A stretch of DNA of 55,728 nucleotides, filler included, from Sphacelaria rigidula (Eukaryota): NCBI GenBank assembly GCA_964200075.2. It is 5 parts of 5 records of this genome, joined end to end, with 100 filler letters (N's around TTAATTAATTAA, not from the genome) between each part and the next. Parts side by side here need not be neighbours in the genome. Positions count along the whole stretch, not along the records: positions 22,334 to 33,399 come from CAXNAA020005447.1; positions 33,500 to 44,564 come from CAXNAA020005448.1; 3 more parts are not named here. The stretch is one strand, 5' to 3'. Below, one piece after another: positions 25,401 through 36,600 of the stretch (positions are counted from its first letter, which is position 1; the number at the start of each line of letters is the position of its first letter). The position numbers and the translations under genes are program-made. Below the pieces are notes generated by a model. The model made no database searches and was not told the origin of the DNA. It worked only from the letters and a program-made list of their open reading frames with translations.

Positions 25401-28400
25401 AAAAGGAAAAGGAAGAAGCCGCAGGGATTCAGAGCAGTAGAGTAGATACGGACACACACCAGATACGGGCACACACCAGTGGGCACCGTAGAACCACCGA
25501 CTAAGGACATAATCAACAACCGAACACAGTCCAAACCACACCACTCTGGGCGATGTGAGCGGAGGGACAGAGGGAGGGAAGGAGGGGGAGAGAGGGGGAG
25601 TGTAGTAATGATTTTACACGCCGTAGTCATATGAACCTTGACCTGGCATCTCTACAAAGCCGGGACGGAGCACACCGGACTTTCGCCGGACCAGGCTCGC
25701 ATTCAATCACCATGCGCGAAGCGCCGTGATGTGTGCGGCGAGTCGCATGAAGGGTGGGCTGCATCCTGTCAAGATCGTTCGGCCCGAAGCGCTCCGAATA
25801 AATTGCATGTGGACGACAGCCTACAACGATTTCCTTGATTTTCTGTAATCGCTACTTCCACAGGCAGCCATGCGTTACACACTGCCTTATGGATGTCTCA
25901 CGATAAAAAACATTACCGATCATCCCCTTTGCGCGGAGTTCTGATTTCTGATTCCACCCCGCACACTATGATCTTGCCACCTATCTAAAAAAGGGGGGGA
26001 AACTGACATTTTTTGGTAACTTGACCGTTTGTTATTGAAAATGCAAGTTTGGCCAGAAATGAAACCGTGACATACGGGAAACGCAAAGGTGCTCTGAGAC
26101 CATCTCGGCGAGTAGAGCAAGTTATTCCAAGGTGTCAACAGCCGCCCAGTCCTCTTTTCGGGGGGAAACGACGGAGAAGGGCCAAAAATGCACTTTTCAA
26201 CAAGTTTTTTTTAATACATAAGAAGTAGCCTAGGCTTCAAAGCATAAATCTAAAAATTGAACTGAAATTTGAGAGAAGGCCCAAGAGCCATGTTCACTTC
26301 TCCTAAAAACTCCCCTAAAAACACGGACAAGTATGAAAAAATACGAGAAAATGTGAGAAATTATGAGAAAAAAAATTGAAAGCTGTTTTCTTTCAATATT
26401 ACCATGCATTAGCAGTTCTCCATACGAAATTTCATAGCACAACTCTCAGAAGCTGAGACGCGATATCCAGATTTAGTTCATCCAGTGTCCCTGCTCGTAA
26501 TATATTTATTTATTTATGAACCCTTATGTGCACCATACCTCGAGATAGAAAATTGATAAGGTGAAGATAAGGGTATATATTAGTGTTGGATATCAAAGCA
26601 TTTAGCACTTCGATACGATATCGACTTTTTCAGCGTGCGATAACGACAGTTTTCGATATATTTCGGCGAAGACGAACCGCGGCGAGCTCAGCGAGTCCGC
26701 TCGGTGTGCGAGCCCCACATGCCCACCCCCCCCCCGGCACGCATGATCATGAGTACACCCCCGGCTCGCGAGGGGGGGCACAGGAGGCGCCGCCGGAGGC
26801 AAGAAAATTGAGAAATATGGAATCACGTTCCATCGAAATTGGCCTTGTCAAGGTCTCCTACGAGGAAACGTGTCCATATTCGACAAAATCCAATAATCAC
26901 ATCGTACGTTTTATCGCTGTATCGAAATGTTTTCGATACGATAACGATAACTGTATTTCGATACGATAACGATAACTACATTTCGATACGATATCCAACA
27001 GTAGCATATATCGTCTCCCCGTGCTCCAGGGAATGTCCACACCAAAAATCGTCATCCCCTGAATTTATCGTCGGGGGGGTTTCATATGGATTTTAGTAAT
27101 GACGCCATCCCCGCACGGTATAGGAATTACTAGACATGGAGTTCAATCAACGATAAAATATTGGCCAAGACCTTCCAGGAGATATGGGCACATTCCCCTT
27201 TTGATTAGACGGTTGATATGATAGGCGGATCACGGCCCAACTCGTCTATATCGATATAGGTATTGCTTTGAGAGCTGAACCCTTAGACCGCGAGGTTAGT
27301 CTTCTGTTGAATCGGCATCAGTTTCAAGTGAAAAAAATTATGCATGATCCAGAAAGACTAATCTCGCGGTCTAAGGTTTAAACCCCTTTCTAGGCTAGCC
27401 CAGCTTGAATAGGGTCGACATTTCGGTACATTTTTGTGTTGTTTTGATCTCGGCGCGAGACTTCTCAACTACGAAGGAAAGTTGTAATGATATTCACAGC
27501 AGGGAGAAAAAGGCCCGCTGCCGCATCATGCCGTACGTGCGCGTTTCAGACAAGTATGTTGCAGGAACACGCCACTTGACCCCTTGACCGGGAGCATAGG
27601 CCATCTGCTGAATCAGCATCATCTTTACTTGGAAAAATGCTGCATCGACAGATGGCCTACCCTCGAGGTCAAGGGGTACCGCCAAGGTAGACCATCTCTT
27701 GAATCGACATGAGTTTCACGTGAAACACTAATGCATGACCCAGAAGATCTACCCTTGTTGTCAAGGGTATAAACCCCCTTTTGGGACCGGAGTGGACTAC
27801 TGTATACTGAACCGGCCAGTAGACCTTACGAAATGTACGTAAACAATGGTTGGTACTCGATTTTACTTGACTTCAGACTGAAGAAAGCTCTAAGAAAATG
27901 TATGATCTGGGGCTGGTGAGCAGTGGTCAGCAGCAGACCCAGCTCGTCCAGAACGTGTTTTGGTTCAAAATCGACTGGAAAGCGTCAACTTGAGCTCTGG
28001 CAACGCACTCTCGGCCTGCCAACTCCTGTGCACCCCCTTTGCCCGTGGGTTCTCGGTATGCCTTGGTCCGGGTTAGGGTTAGGGTTAGGGTTGGCGGCAT
28101 CTCCATAATACCAACCATTATTTACGTACATTTCCTCAGGTCCCCTCGAATTGGCATCGTTTTCACTTGAAAACAACTGAAGTTGATGCTCAGCCACAAA
28201 TGGACCCTGTGTGCAGACTAGGTTCTACCCCTAGTTATGGGGGGGTCCGGTTTCAAAAGGGTTCGAGAAGCGTTGGACATGTTTTTCGGTCATTCGATGT
28301 TTTGCCGTGCGGTGACGTGAAGCAGTATAGACACCTGACTGGTGCAGTGCACACAACTCAACTTGTGGGGATGAGTGTGTTGGCCAGCCAACTCAAATCT

Positions 28401-31400
28401 CCTGAATATCGTCTTGACGTGCCCGTGCAGTATTTGGCTTAGGGTGAACTGGTGGTACTTTGTGCTATGCGTTTTATAAAACCGGATCGGGTAGATTGAT
28501 GTTGTTGCATATTTTCTTTTCCCATATAATGCACAACAACAGTGGAGAGCGACCATGTTGTGGGTACACAAAATTCGACTTCGCAGTCGACGAGGGGACC
28601 CCCTCCCGCGACAAAAAACAAGTCAAGCACCGCAGAAGGAAGGTGGAGAACTTAAACAAGGAAAAAGGAAGAAAAACAACTCGTGTTGACCTTCCTCTTG
28701 TGCGACTCCGGCTGGTGCGCCCACATACAACGAAAGGTGTAGACTAACTGGCGTTCAGAATATATGGGATGACAACACACATACACACTCCATTAGCCAG
28801 TCGCCCCGGTCACTCAGGTGGTACTTTGGACGCCTGTTGACGGTTGGGTCATGGGTTCGAATCTCGGTGCAGTCACACGAGCTGGGATTTTCCCTCACAC
28901 TACGCCCAACAGTGGAGAGCGACTATGTCGTGGTTACACAAGCTTCGACATCACCGTTGGCGACGGAGGGGAACTATTGACCTCCTCTCGTGATGAAAAA
29001 GTAAGGGAAACAACGCAGAAGGAACGTGTGGTACTGAAACAAAATGAAAAGAGAAAATCTCCTGTGTTGGCCCAGGAATGAACACATTACCGTTGACGAC
29101 GGAGAGGGACTACTGACCTCCTCTCATGATGAAAAAAATAAGGGAAGCAACACAGAAGGAACGTGAATTACTGAAACAAAATGAAAAGGGGACATCGCCT
29201 GTTGTGTTGGCCTAGGGATGAACACATATTCTGGACGCCAGTCCACACCTTCCGGTTTATGTGGGCGAATTAGCCGGGGTCGAACACGAAGAACGCCAAC
29301 ACAGGAGTTTTCCTCTTTTTACTTTGGATAGTACTCCACCTTCCTTCTGTGGTGCTTGCCTTGTTTTTTATTGCAAGAGGGGTTTAGTGATCCCTTCCCC
29401 TCGTCGATCGTGAGGTCGAAATTTGTGTACCCACGACATAGTCGCGCTCCACTGTTGTTGGGCATTGTGCGAGAGCCGGCGCTCTACATGAACGAGAAAA
29501 GAGATCACCACCGCATGAAACATGTATCGTCGTCTCGGCTATGCCCTCGTCAACTGTTTGGCAGTCAAACGCAATTCGACAACTTTAGTTCCACTTTTCG
29601 GCGTCAGCAGTCGCTGAAAGTTGGGGCAAATGTTAGCCGATTACGGCGCCCTTCAGATGTGCAGCAAAGCCGTACTCTCGGGAATTGCTTGCGTCGAAAA
29701 AAGTTCACTACCCGAGCATTTTTTTGGAATCATGAATGATACCATAATACAAAGTAGTAGATAATACTAGTAGTGCTGGTACTAGTACTGAATGATGACT
29801 ACTGACAGCAAAAACAATACCAATCATCACAAATATCATGATTTGGTTGTAGGTAACAAGAGAAGAAATTGCTGACAAAAAGTGGTGGTGGTAATCACCA
29901 GATAGACGAAAAATGCATAAAAACTGTAGTGTACTGGAAGGACATGAAGGCGGTACATTTTTATCCACCAGCGGAAATTCAACCGTTCGGAACCTGGAAA
30001 AATCCAGAATCCGGCCAAGAGAAAAACGGGGAGTACGAAATATCGGACAAGCGTGCTGGAATCCCCGTGAAAAATAGAGCAAATCTTTCCGAGGAGGCCA
30101 AATCCGCCAAGGCCCGTATCCCGCCAATAATTCGTGATGAAAGGTTCAAAAGGGCGGTTTTCAGACATATTTTTCTTCAGTCCATAAGAAGCGGCCTTAG
30201 ATCGTGAGGGTAGTCCATCTGGATCATGGTACTGCAGTATCGGGTGGATACTGCTGGGAGGAACTAAGGGGAACCCCGAGACTGCAGCACCGGGTAGATG
30301 GCGGGGGGAAACTCGCTGGTATTCGACAACGTACCGGGTGGTGAAGACACCTTCAACAACCCGGATATCGTACTGGATACTCGCCGGTACTGGGCGGTCG
30401 CTGCGAACATCTCCTCCCCCCTTCACCCAACCATCGGCGTTTGTTGAGCAGCATGGATTTCGTGACCCACGTTCTTGAAAGTTGTGGTGACGAAACCCCT
30501 TGGTGCGTGCACACAAAAAAACGCGACCAACTAATCGACTGGAAAAATATCGTCAATACGCCGAACCAGCTAGGCTGCTATGAGCTGGGCCGGCCGTAAA
30601 TCGCTCATGGTGTCTCGGGTACACGTGGGCCTTTCAGTTTCCCGAATTGACCCGTTGTAAGCATATTGTTGTCAACTGCAGACCAACCTGCTAATGCACG
30701 CTCTGCCGCTAGAGACCAAAGTGAAGGAAAAATGTACTGCGTAATACATCACCTCCGATCGTTTCTTGCGGTTGATATCTGGCGGGAGGGGAGGGGGGGG
30801 GCGGTATTTTCCATTTTGGAACATTTTCCATCAAGTCTTGGCCTCCAAACAGGAATTATCGCCATCACACGTGTTGGATACGTTGCATCAACCCACCGAA
30901 AAGGATCTCTATCTAGCCCACCATTCTGATTCGCTTGGCTGCACGGTTTCGGGAACGACCTCTGACAAAATACGACCCATACGCGAGATATTCGTCTTCT
31001 TCGGGGCGAAAAATATATCAGTAGAATGCAGGTCACTCCTTATTCGACTCGCCGAATATGTTGCGGTAGCTTTGCGCTTGGCGATGGATTGCGAGCCTGG
31101 TTCGGCGAAAATCTGGCGTGCTCCGACCCGGCTTTGTAGGGATGCGAGGTCAATGGTATCACCACTACGGTATGCAAGATCATGAGTACACGCCTCCTTC
31201 CTTCAGCACGCAAAGATAGAGGTCATGATTCACCGTCAGGGCCTCTCGAATATGAATGGCGATACTCCTGAACTCATGAGTACTCGCTAACAAGTGTACA
31301 TGCTGCCTACTCGTTAATTGGGGTCACCCTTCCTCCCCTAGGGCTCCCCGGCGATAAGATGAACACATCTCCTCCACAGATACCCTCACCCGGGGGGCGT

Positions 31401-31592
31401 GATATTTGACGATACTAGACTAGATAGTTGCGGGTGAGATCATGCTTCCAAACACACGATAAGAGATAAGGCTATAATAGTGATACATCGAACCCTCAAT
31501 ACGTAGCCCTAGGGTAGTTGGGGGTACCCAACCTCGTTCTCGACCGGCCAAAATGGTGGGATACCACTCCAGGGACAGCGAATCTTCAATCC
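22467..31592 (-). CDS. Tentative partial multi-exon gene of unknown function (candidate exons 31592-31533, 30961-30897, 30400-30335, 23716-23668, 23035-22997, 22640-22467)
   Basis: Each candidate has AG/GT boundaries and the phases chain into one open frame (GLKIRCPWSGIPPFWPVENE/RSFPKPC..DPFR/DRPVPASIQYDIRVVEGVFTTR/LCADFSWDDEGFLTYE/STATIQPDERKII/VTVSFGAG..AEFE). No recognised domain. Exon 22640-22467 is the most convincing. Confidence 0.35.
27822..28142. mobile_element. MITE, same family as 15633-15955, inverted orientation
   Basis: TIR gacc..gaaatgtacgtaaacaatggttggta / taccaaccattatttacgtacatttc..ggtc; internal (GGGTTA)3. Confidence 0.75.
28803..29080 (+). mobile_element. Probable tRNA-derived SINE-like repeat within an inverted pair of related repeats (28531-28770 / 29222-29468)
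   Basis: B-box GGTTCGAATC near 28854, followed by caacagtggagagcgac..., which also occurs at 28537 and, reverse-complemented, near 29440-29460. Confidence 0.5.
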
Positions 31593-31626
31593 CTGGAAAA
31601 TTATGCCCCCAGGTCGTGAGACTTAA

Positions 31627-33164
31627 CCCTTTTGGGACCGGGCTTCCAGAACAATCGATGAGACTGGTTAGGAATGTCGTGCCTGGCGTCTGCAAGAAGC
31701 AGTGGCTTTAAGTTGCCGAAAATGCACGTATGTAACCGCGGGGTTAGGGGTAAGACCATCCCTTATGGCAACGAATCTCGATTTGTACGTATTTGAGGAA
31801 TTCAGTCCGTCCACAGGCGATTTCCTCCCGTGGATTGATTTTCGGACTCCAGTCCATCGAGCAATGTTTTTCGGCCAGCGGTGAGAAAACCAGATGAACT
31901 CTCCGATTCTCTGGACACTGATTTTTCATACATCACATTTCTGCTCAAATCGGGACACTCCCGCATCTCTCCCCGACTTTTCCCTTTTTGTTTTTTAATC
32001 GGGGGAGATGCGGGAGTGCCCCTCGGGGGAGATGCGGGAGTGCCCCGATTTGAGCAGAAAAAATCTGATAAACCGAAAGAGAACATCCATAGAATCGGAG
32101 AATTGATCGGGTTTTTTCACGGCTGATCGAAAAACATTACCCAACGGACTGGGGTCCGAAAAATCAACCCGCGGAGGAAAATCGCCTGTAGACGGACTGA
32201 AATCCTCATATTTGTACAAATCAAGATTCGTTGTCATCAAAAATGGTCTAATCGAAACCGAAATTTTCCTCTAAACTATTTTCAGGTACAGGTACAAACT
32301 GTAATTTGGGTGGGGTGCGCATTAGGCAATCTTCAGATGTAACAAGCAGCATGGGTCGCCGTAGAGGGCTTTCAACAGGATGTGGCGACCGGCGGGCCGC
32401 CCGCCACTTGTGACTTTGGATGATATCATTGTCCCTATCACCTTGCTACACAGCTCTTTGTAGTCGGGATGGGCACGATTTCTCTCTTCGTTGCTGGCTG
32501 TAATTTCTCTCCGAATTGCATGGGCGTTGCGGTGCACGTACAGTACAGTACGCCGCTCATACTCCCTTACACGTCGTGGGCAGTTCTCAGCTACGGAAAT
32601 CGGCTGCCTATACGCAGCTTGTTAGTCCCCGCCCACAAATGAGTACGCCCCCCCCCCACTATTGACATATTTACTGCACACTGCAAGACATCGGCAGAGG
32701 GATAGGCGGCATTCATAACTATAGCTCCTTCTCTCGTTCCACGGCCCAGCTGGGTTTAATGCCTCGTGAAAATGACCACAGTGTGGTATTTGCGCTTTCC
32801 CCCGACTCCCCCCCCCCAATGATGTCTTAGTGTAATCACTACGTTTTGGTATTGACTGGCGACCCAACAAAGCATCCGGGAAATCACGGGAGCGCTATAT
32901 TGAATGTAAGTGAAATGATAAATCGTTCCCCGACCATCCCGGCTTTGGACATCTGGGATGGCGTCTCATCTGAACCAGGGACAAGGTACCCACACGATGT
33001 TGGCAGTGACGTCAAATTCGGCAACAATCCCCGCACTGGTCGTTCGGGTCTGGAAAATAAATTTCGCCTCGGTGTGATTGGGCAGGTCGCTCCCGGACTT
33101 CTTATTATTATTTGAGTAACAAATGGTCAACCCGGTGTTAGTTGGGGCGTCTGTCCCAAAAGGG
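31627..33164. mobile_element. Second copy of the piggyBac-type element, carrying a nested MITE
   Basis: TTAA-CCCTTTTGGGAC ... GTCCCAAAAGGG-TTAA. The internal sequence is colinear with 13117-14156 (e.g. gcgaccggcgggccgcccgccacttgtg; gacaacaatccccgc..ggtcgttcgggtct). Confidence 0.85.
31754..32248. mobile_element. Foldback MITE with TAA target duplication (PIF/Harbinger-like)
   Basis: Imperfect inverted arms of about 225 bp (GACCAT... / ...ATGGTC), with TAA at 31751-31753 and 32249-32251. Absent from the 13117 copy of the host element. A related terminus occurs near 55081. Confidence 0.8.
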
Positions 33165-33399
33165 TTAACCCTTAGACCGCGGTGCGGGTAGTTCATCTGA
33201 ATCATGCATACTTTTTCAAGTGAAAATTGATGCCGATTCAGCAGGTGACCTACCCTCGCTGGCGGAGATTTTACCAAGGGACCTTACAGACTACTACGGT
33301 TTACACTCCCCCCCCTAGGATGGTCGAGAATGAGGAAAATCAGAAAATAACAGCCAATCATCTATGTTGAGGATGGTGCTTTTGATTGAGGATGAGAAC

Positions 33400-33499
33400 N
33401 NNNNNNNNNNNNNNNNNNNNNNNNNNNNNNNNNNNNNNNNNNNTTAATTAATTAANNNNNNNNNNNNNNNNNNNNNNNNNNNNNNNNNNNNNNNNNNNN
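33400..33499. other. Artificial contig linker
   Basis: Same N44-TTAATTAATTAA-N44 spacer. Confidence 0.97.
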
Positions 33500-33629
33500 G
33501 TAAGCCTCGCATTGCTCACTGCCGCCCCCCCACGGGTGCCGGGGGGGGGGGGGGGGGTATGCTGAAACAATCCACTTGCGGTTCCAGACTGAAATCCAGC
33601 CCTCAACAACTGTTCATCACACCCGAATT

Positions 33630-36600
33630 TCAGTTTTCCACACACATTGCTGTGATCAAGATGTTGACATCAGACGTGGACGTGGAACGTTTTGCATGCA
33701 GCAGGATCACGACGAGTACTTGAAACAAACCGACGCTGAAACAGACTCTCCTCACAGCACGAATGGAGGCATGCTGCGACCCAGGCACACGCCAAGTTTG
33801 ACCCACAAAACAAGAGGGGCAGAGAGGAGGAGGGACGACTTGAAATCCACGAAGAAGGCGGAGAACGTGAAATGGCGTGATGATGCATGAAAACCCGCCA
33901 CACAGGTCTTGTGCAAAAGTCGTTCAAGAATTCGGCCACCAACCAGCCTGAGCCGAAACCCACCATATATCCACCATCTACAGTGCAGAAAGGGTTGGGC
34001 ACGAGAGAGAGACGCACCTGCTTCGTAGGTTCATTTGGGGTTTCGACGGCTGCTTCCCCCTCCGAACGCACGGCATGAGGCTGAGGAGTGTCGACGGAAC
34101 TGGGTGCCACCTCTTGAGGCATCTGGAGGTCTTCACGCGTCGTTGGTTGCGACACCGACTCCGAAACCTCTTGAGGCATCTGGAGGGCTTCATGCGTCGT
34201 TGGTTGCGACACCGACTCCGAAACCTCTCGAGGCATCTGGAGGGCTTCATGCGTCGTTGGTTGCGACACCGACTCCGAAACCTCTTGAGGCATCTGGAGG
34301 GCTTCATGCGCCGTTGGTTGCGACACCGACTCCGAAACCTGTCCCAACGTTCGTTTACACACGTACAAAGCTCAGGCTATCCCAACCACGTACACAGAAA
34401 CACTGATCCGACGGTTTGCAGAGCGAAAGCAACCCCCAATAGCAAATCAGACAAGCCATGAACAAGAAAGGGTAAAACGTGCGTAACAAGATAGAATTAG
34501 GATCTAAATTGTATATCTAAAATAAACTGCTAACTGTCCAATATTCGTCCACGAGTACGTACACGCTTTACCTGATCCAACTTCTCGGATACACTGCTGG
34601 ACGCCGGTTGGTGCGTGGTGCCAATCGATGGCGCCGGGAGTGGGAGGGGGATGTCGACCACGTCTGCAGCACCTCCAGCGTTGGGAATCGATGGCACGTC
34701 AATCTGGTATGGCGTCTCACTGCAGTCGGCAACGGGTGGAAGGGACGTGATTTGATGCCCTTCAGGCCCTACGTCAGCGGATATTTGCTGCGTCTGCTCC
34801 TGGCCCTCGTATGACCCCACGTCGATGACAGCGGTGGGGGTAGGTTGAGAGAAGACAGAGGCCAGTCTTGCCTGCGTATACACCGGATCACATGTGGCAA
34901 GTATGGAGGGAGCAATCAAAATACCAATCATGACACTCAATTTAGTCGTCGCGTTTGCCTCATCGTATCAACTCACAACGAATTATTTCGCATATATGCC
35001 GAGCACCCTGTCATCTGTGACGTCCGTCAACCGCCGAAAGGCTAACAAAAAATTGTCGGGGCTACCGACATCAAACATGGTGTTTCGTGAAGAGAAACCA
35101 TCGTATCAGAGGAACCATGTTGATTGCATCACGATCCCACGTGCTTCGACTTCACCTGTGCGCGCATGGCCATCTCATCCATATCGCTCCTCGCTTCGGT
35201 GAGATCAAGCAACGCTAACGACGGTTCTTCAGCCAACTCTCGCGAAACCGTCTCGACTTCCTTCTCAACCATGACCTGGATGTCTTGCGAGGAGAGGCGC
35301 ACGCGCTCATGGTTCTTAAAAGATACTGGTGGCGCCCCATCGCTCCCTGTCCTTTCACCAGGCGACGTCTGCGGCGGAGTGTGCCTCTGTTACATCCGGA
35401 GACGAATACAAACACACACCACGGCAGAATGTGCAGCGTTATCCTCAATGCCATGGCGACCACACACACTGGATTGAAAACTGTAAAAACGAACGCTTGC
35501 CCTCACTGATGCTTGTACCCACATAAGCATCACAACCGGCCGACGAACGTACCTGATTGCGTACTTGATTTCGCTCCCTGGTGCGCTTGCGGAGAGCTTG
35601 GTTGCTCAATGCCAAGTAGAAATGTCCCCACCTTCGGAAAACCATCATCATCAGGCGCTCCTTTCTGCAATACACGAAAAAAATAAACACGGTAAATTTT
35701 ACGCCAGCAATAACAGCAGTCAAAGCGTCGAATGACGCGCTCTAACCGCAACACACGGACATCCTTCAAGATCATTCAGCGCCGTTTGAAAAGTACAGAC
35801 GGGGTGGTAATTCATTCGAGCGGCGAGTTACACGCCAATACCTATGCGACCGGGTCGTGTACTTGTGCAAATCCAACCGAAACTCACCTGAGCGTGTCGG
35901 TAAGGCGGTAGATTTCCTCCTGGGCCTCCTGCAAAGCCACCTGTGTAAAATAAGAGCGCCGAATAGGTGATTGACTTGACCGGTTGCTGCGCAGTGGGTG
36001 ACGGAGGGATCCAGCTGTCGTCAAAATATACGTATCCAAGGCGAACAGCGACAAAAACACGCGCTGAAGGAAACCCGAGAGCGAAGTATATCGTGTGTTG
36101 ACCTCATATTATGTTACCGCACCACCCACACTAATATTACACCACTAGTCCGGATGTGTCGGTTATACTCGAGCTACGCCACTTGCGTCAATCCAGCGAA
36201 AACGGCCCATGTTGTCTACATGAACTCCATGCCCTGATATCACACATGCTCATGAGAGCCCTCACGAGAGAAACTGAGAGAGTGAAAGTCAATCAAGAGG
36301 TCCCGAGATATTTGTTGATTTGATTTGATTGATCGATTGTCTCAACACAGCCGTGACCACAACATACACATATCTGAGCGATGAATATTAATAGAGGTAG
36401 GTCAACAAACGGCAACACTTGCTGCAGAAGAGTCGAGCTCCAGTGAAACGAGAAGGCGATTGAAAGAAAGAAAAGGAATTAAACCGGAAAAAGAAAGTAA
36501 CAATACAACAAGACGAAGGGGAGACGGGAGGGAATGAAGAGGAAGAGGAGCGGCACGCAGAAAAACATTACCGCTTGAAGACACGGAAGATAATGAGGAA

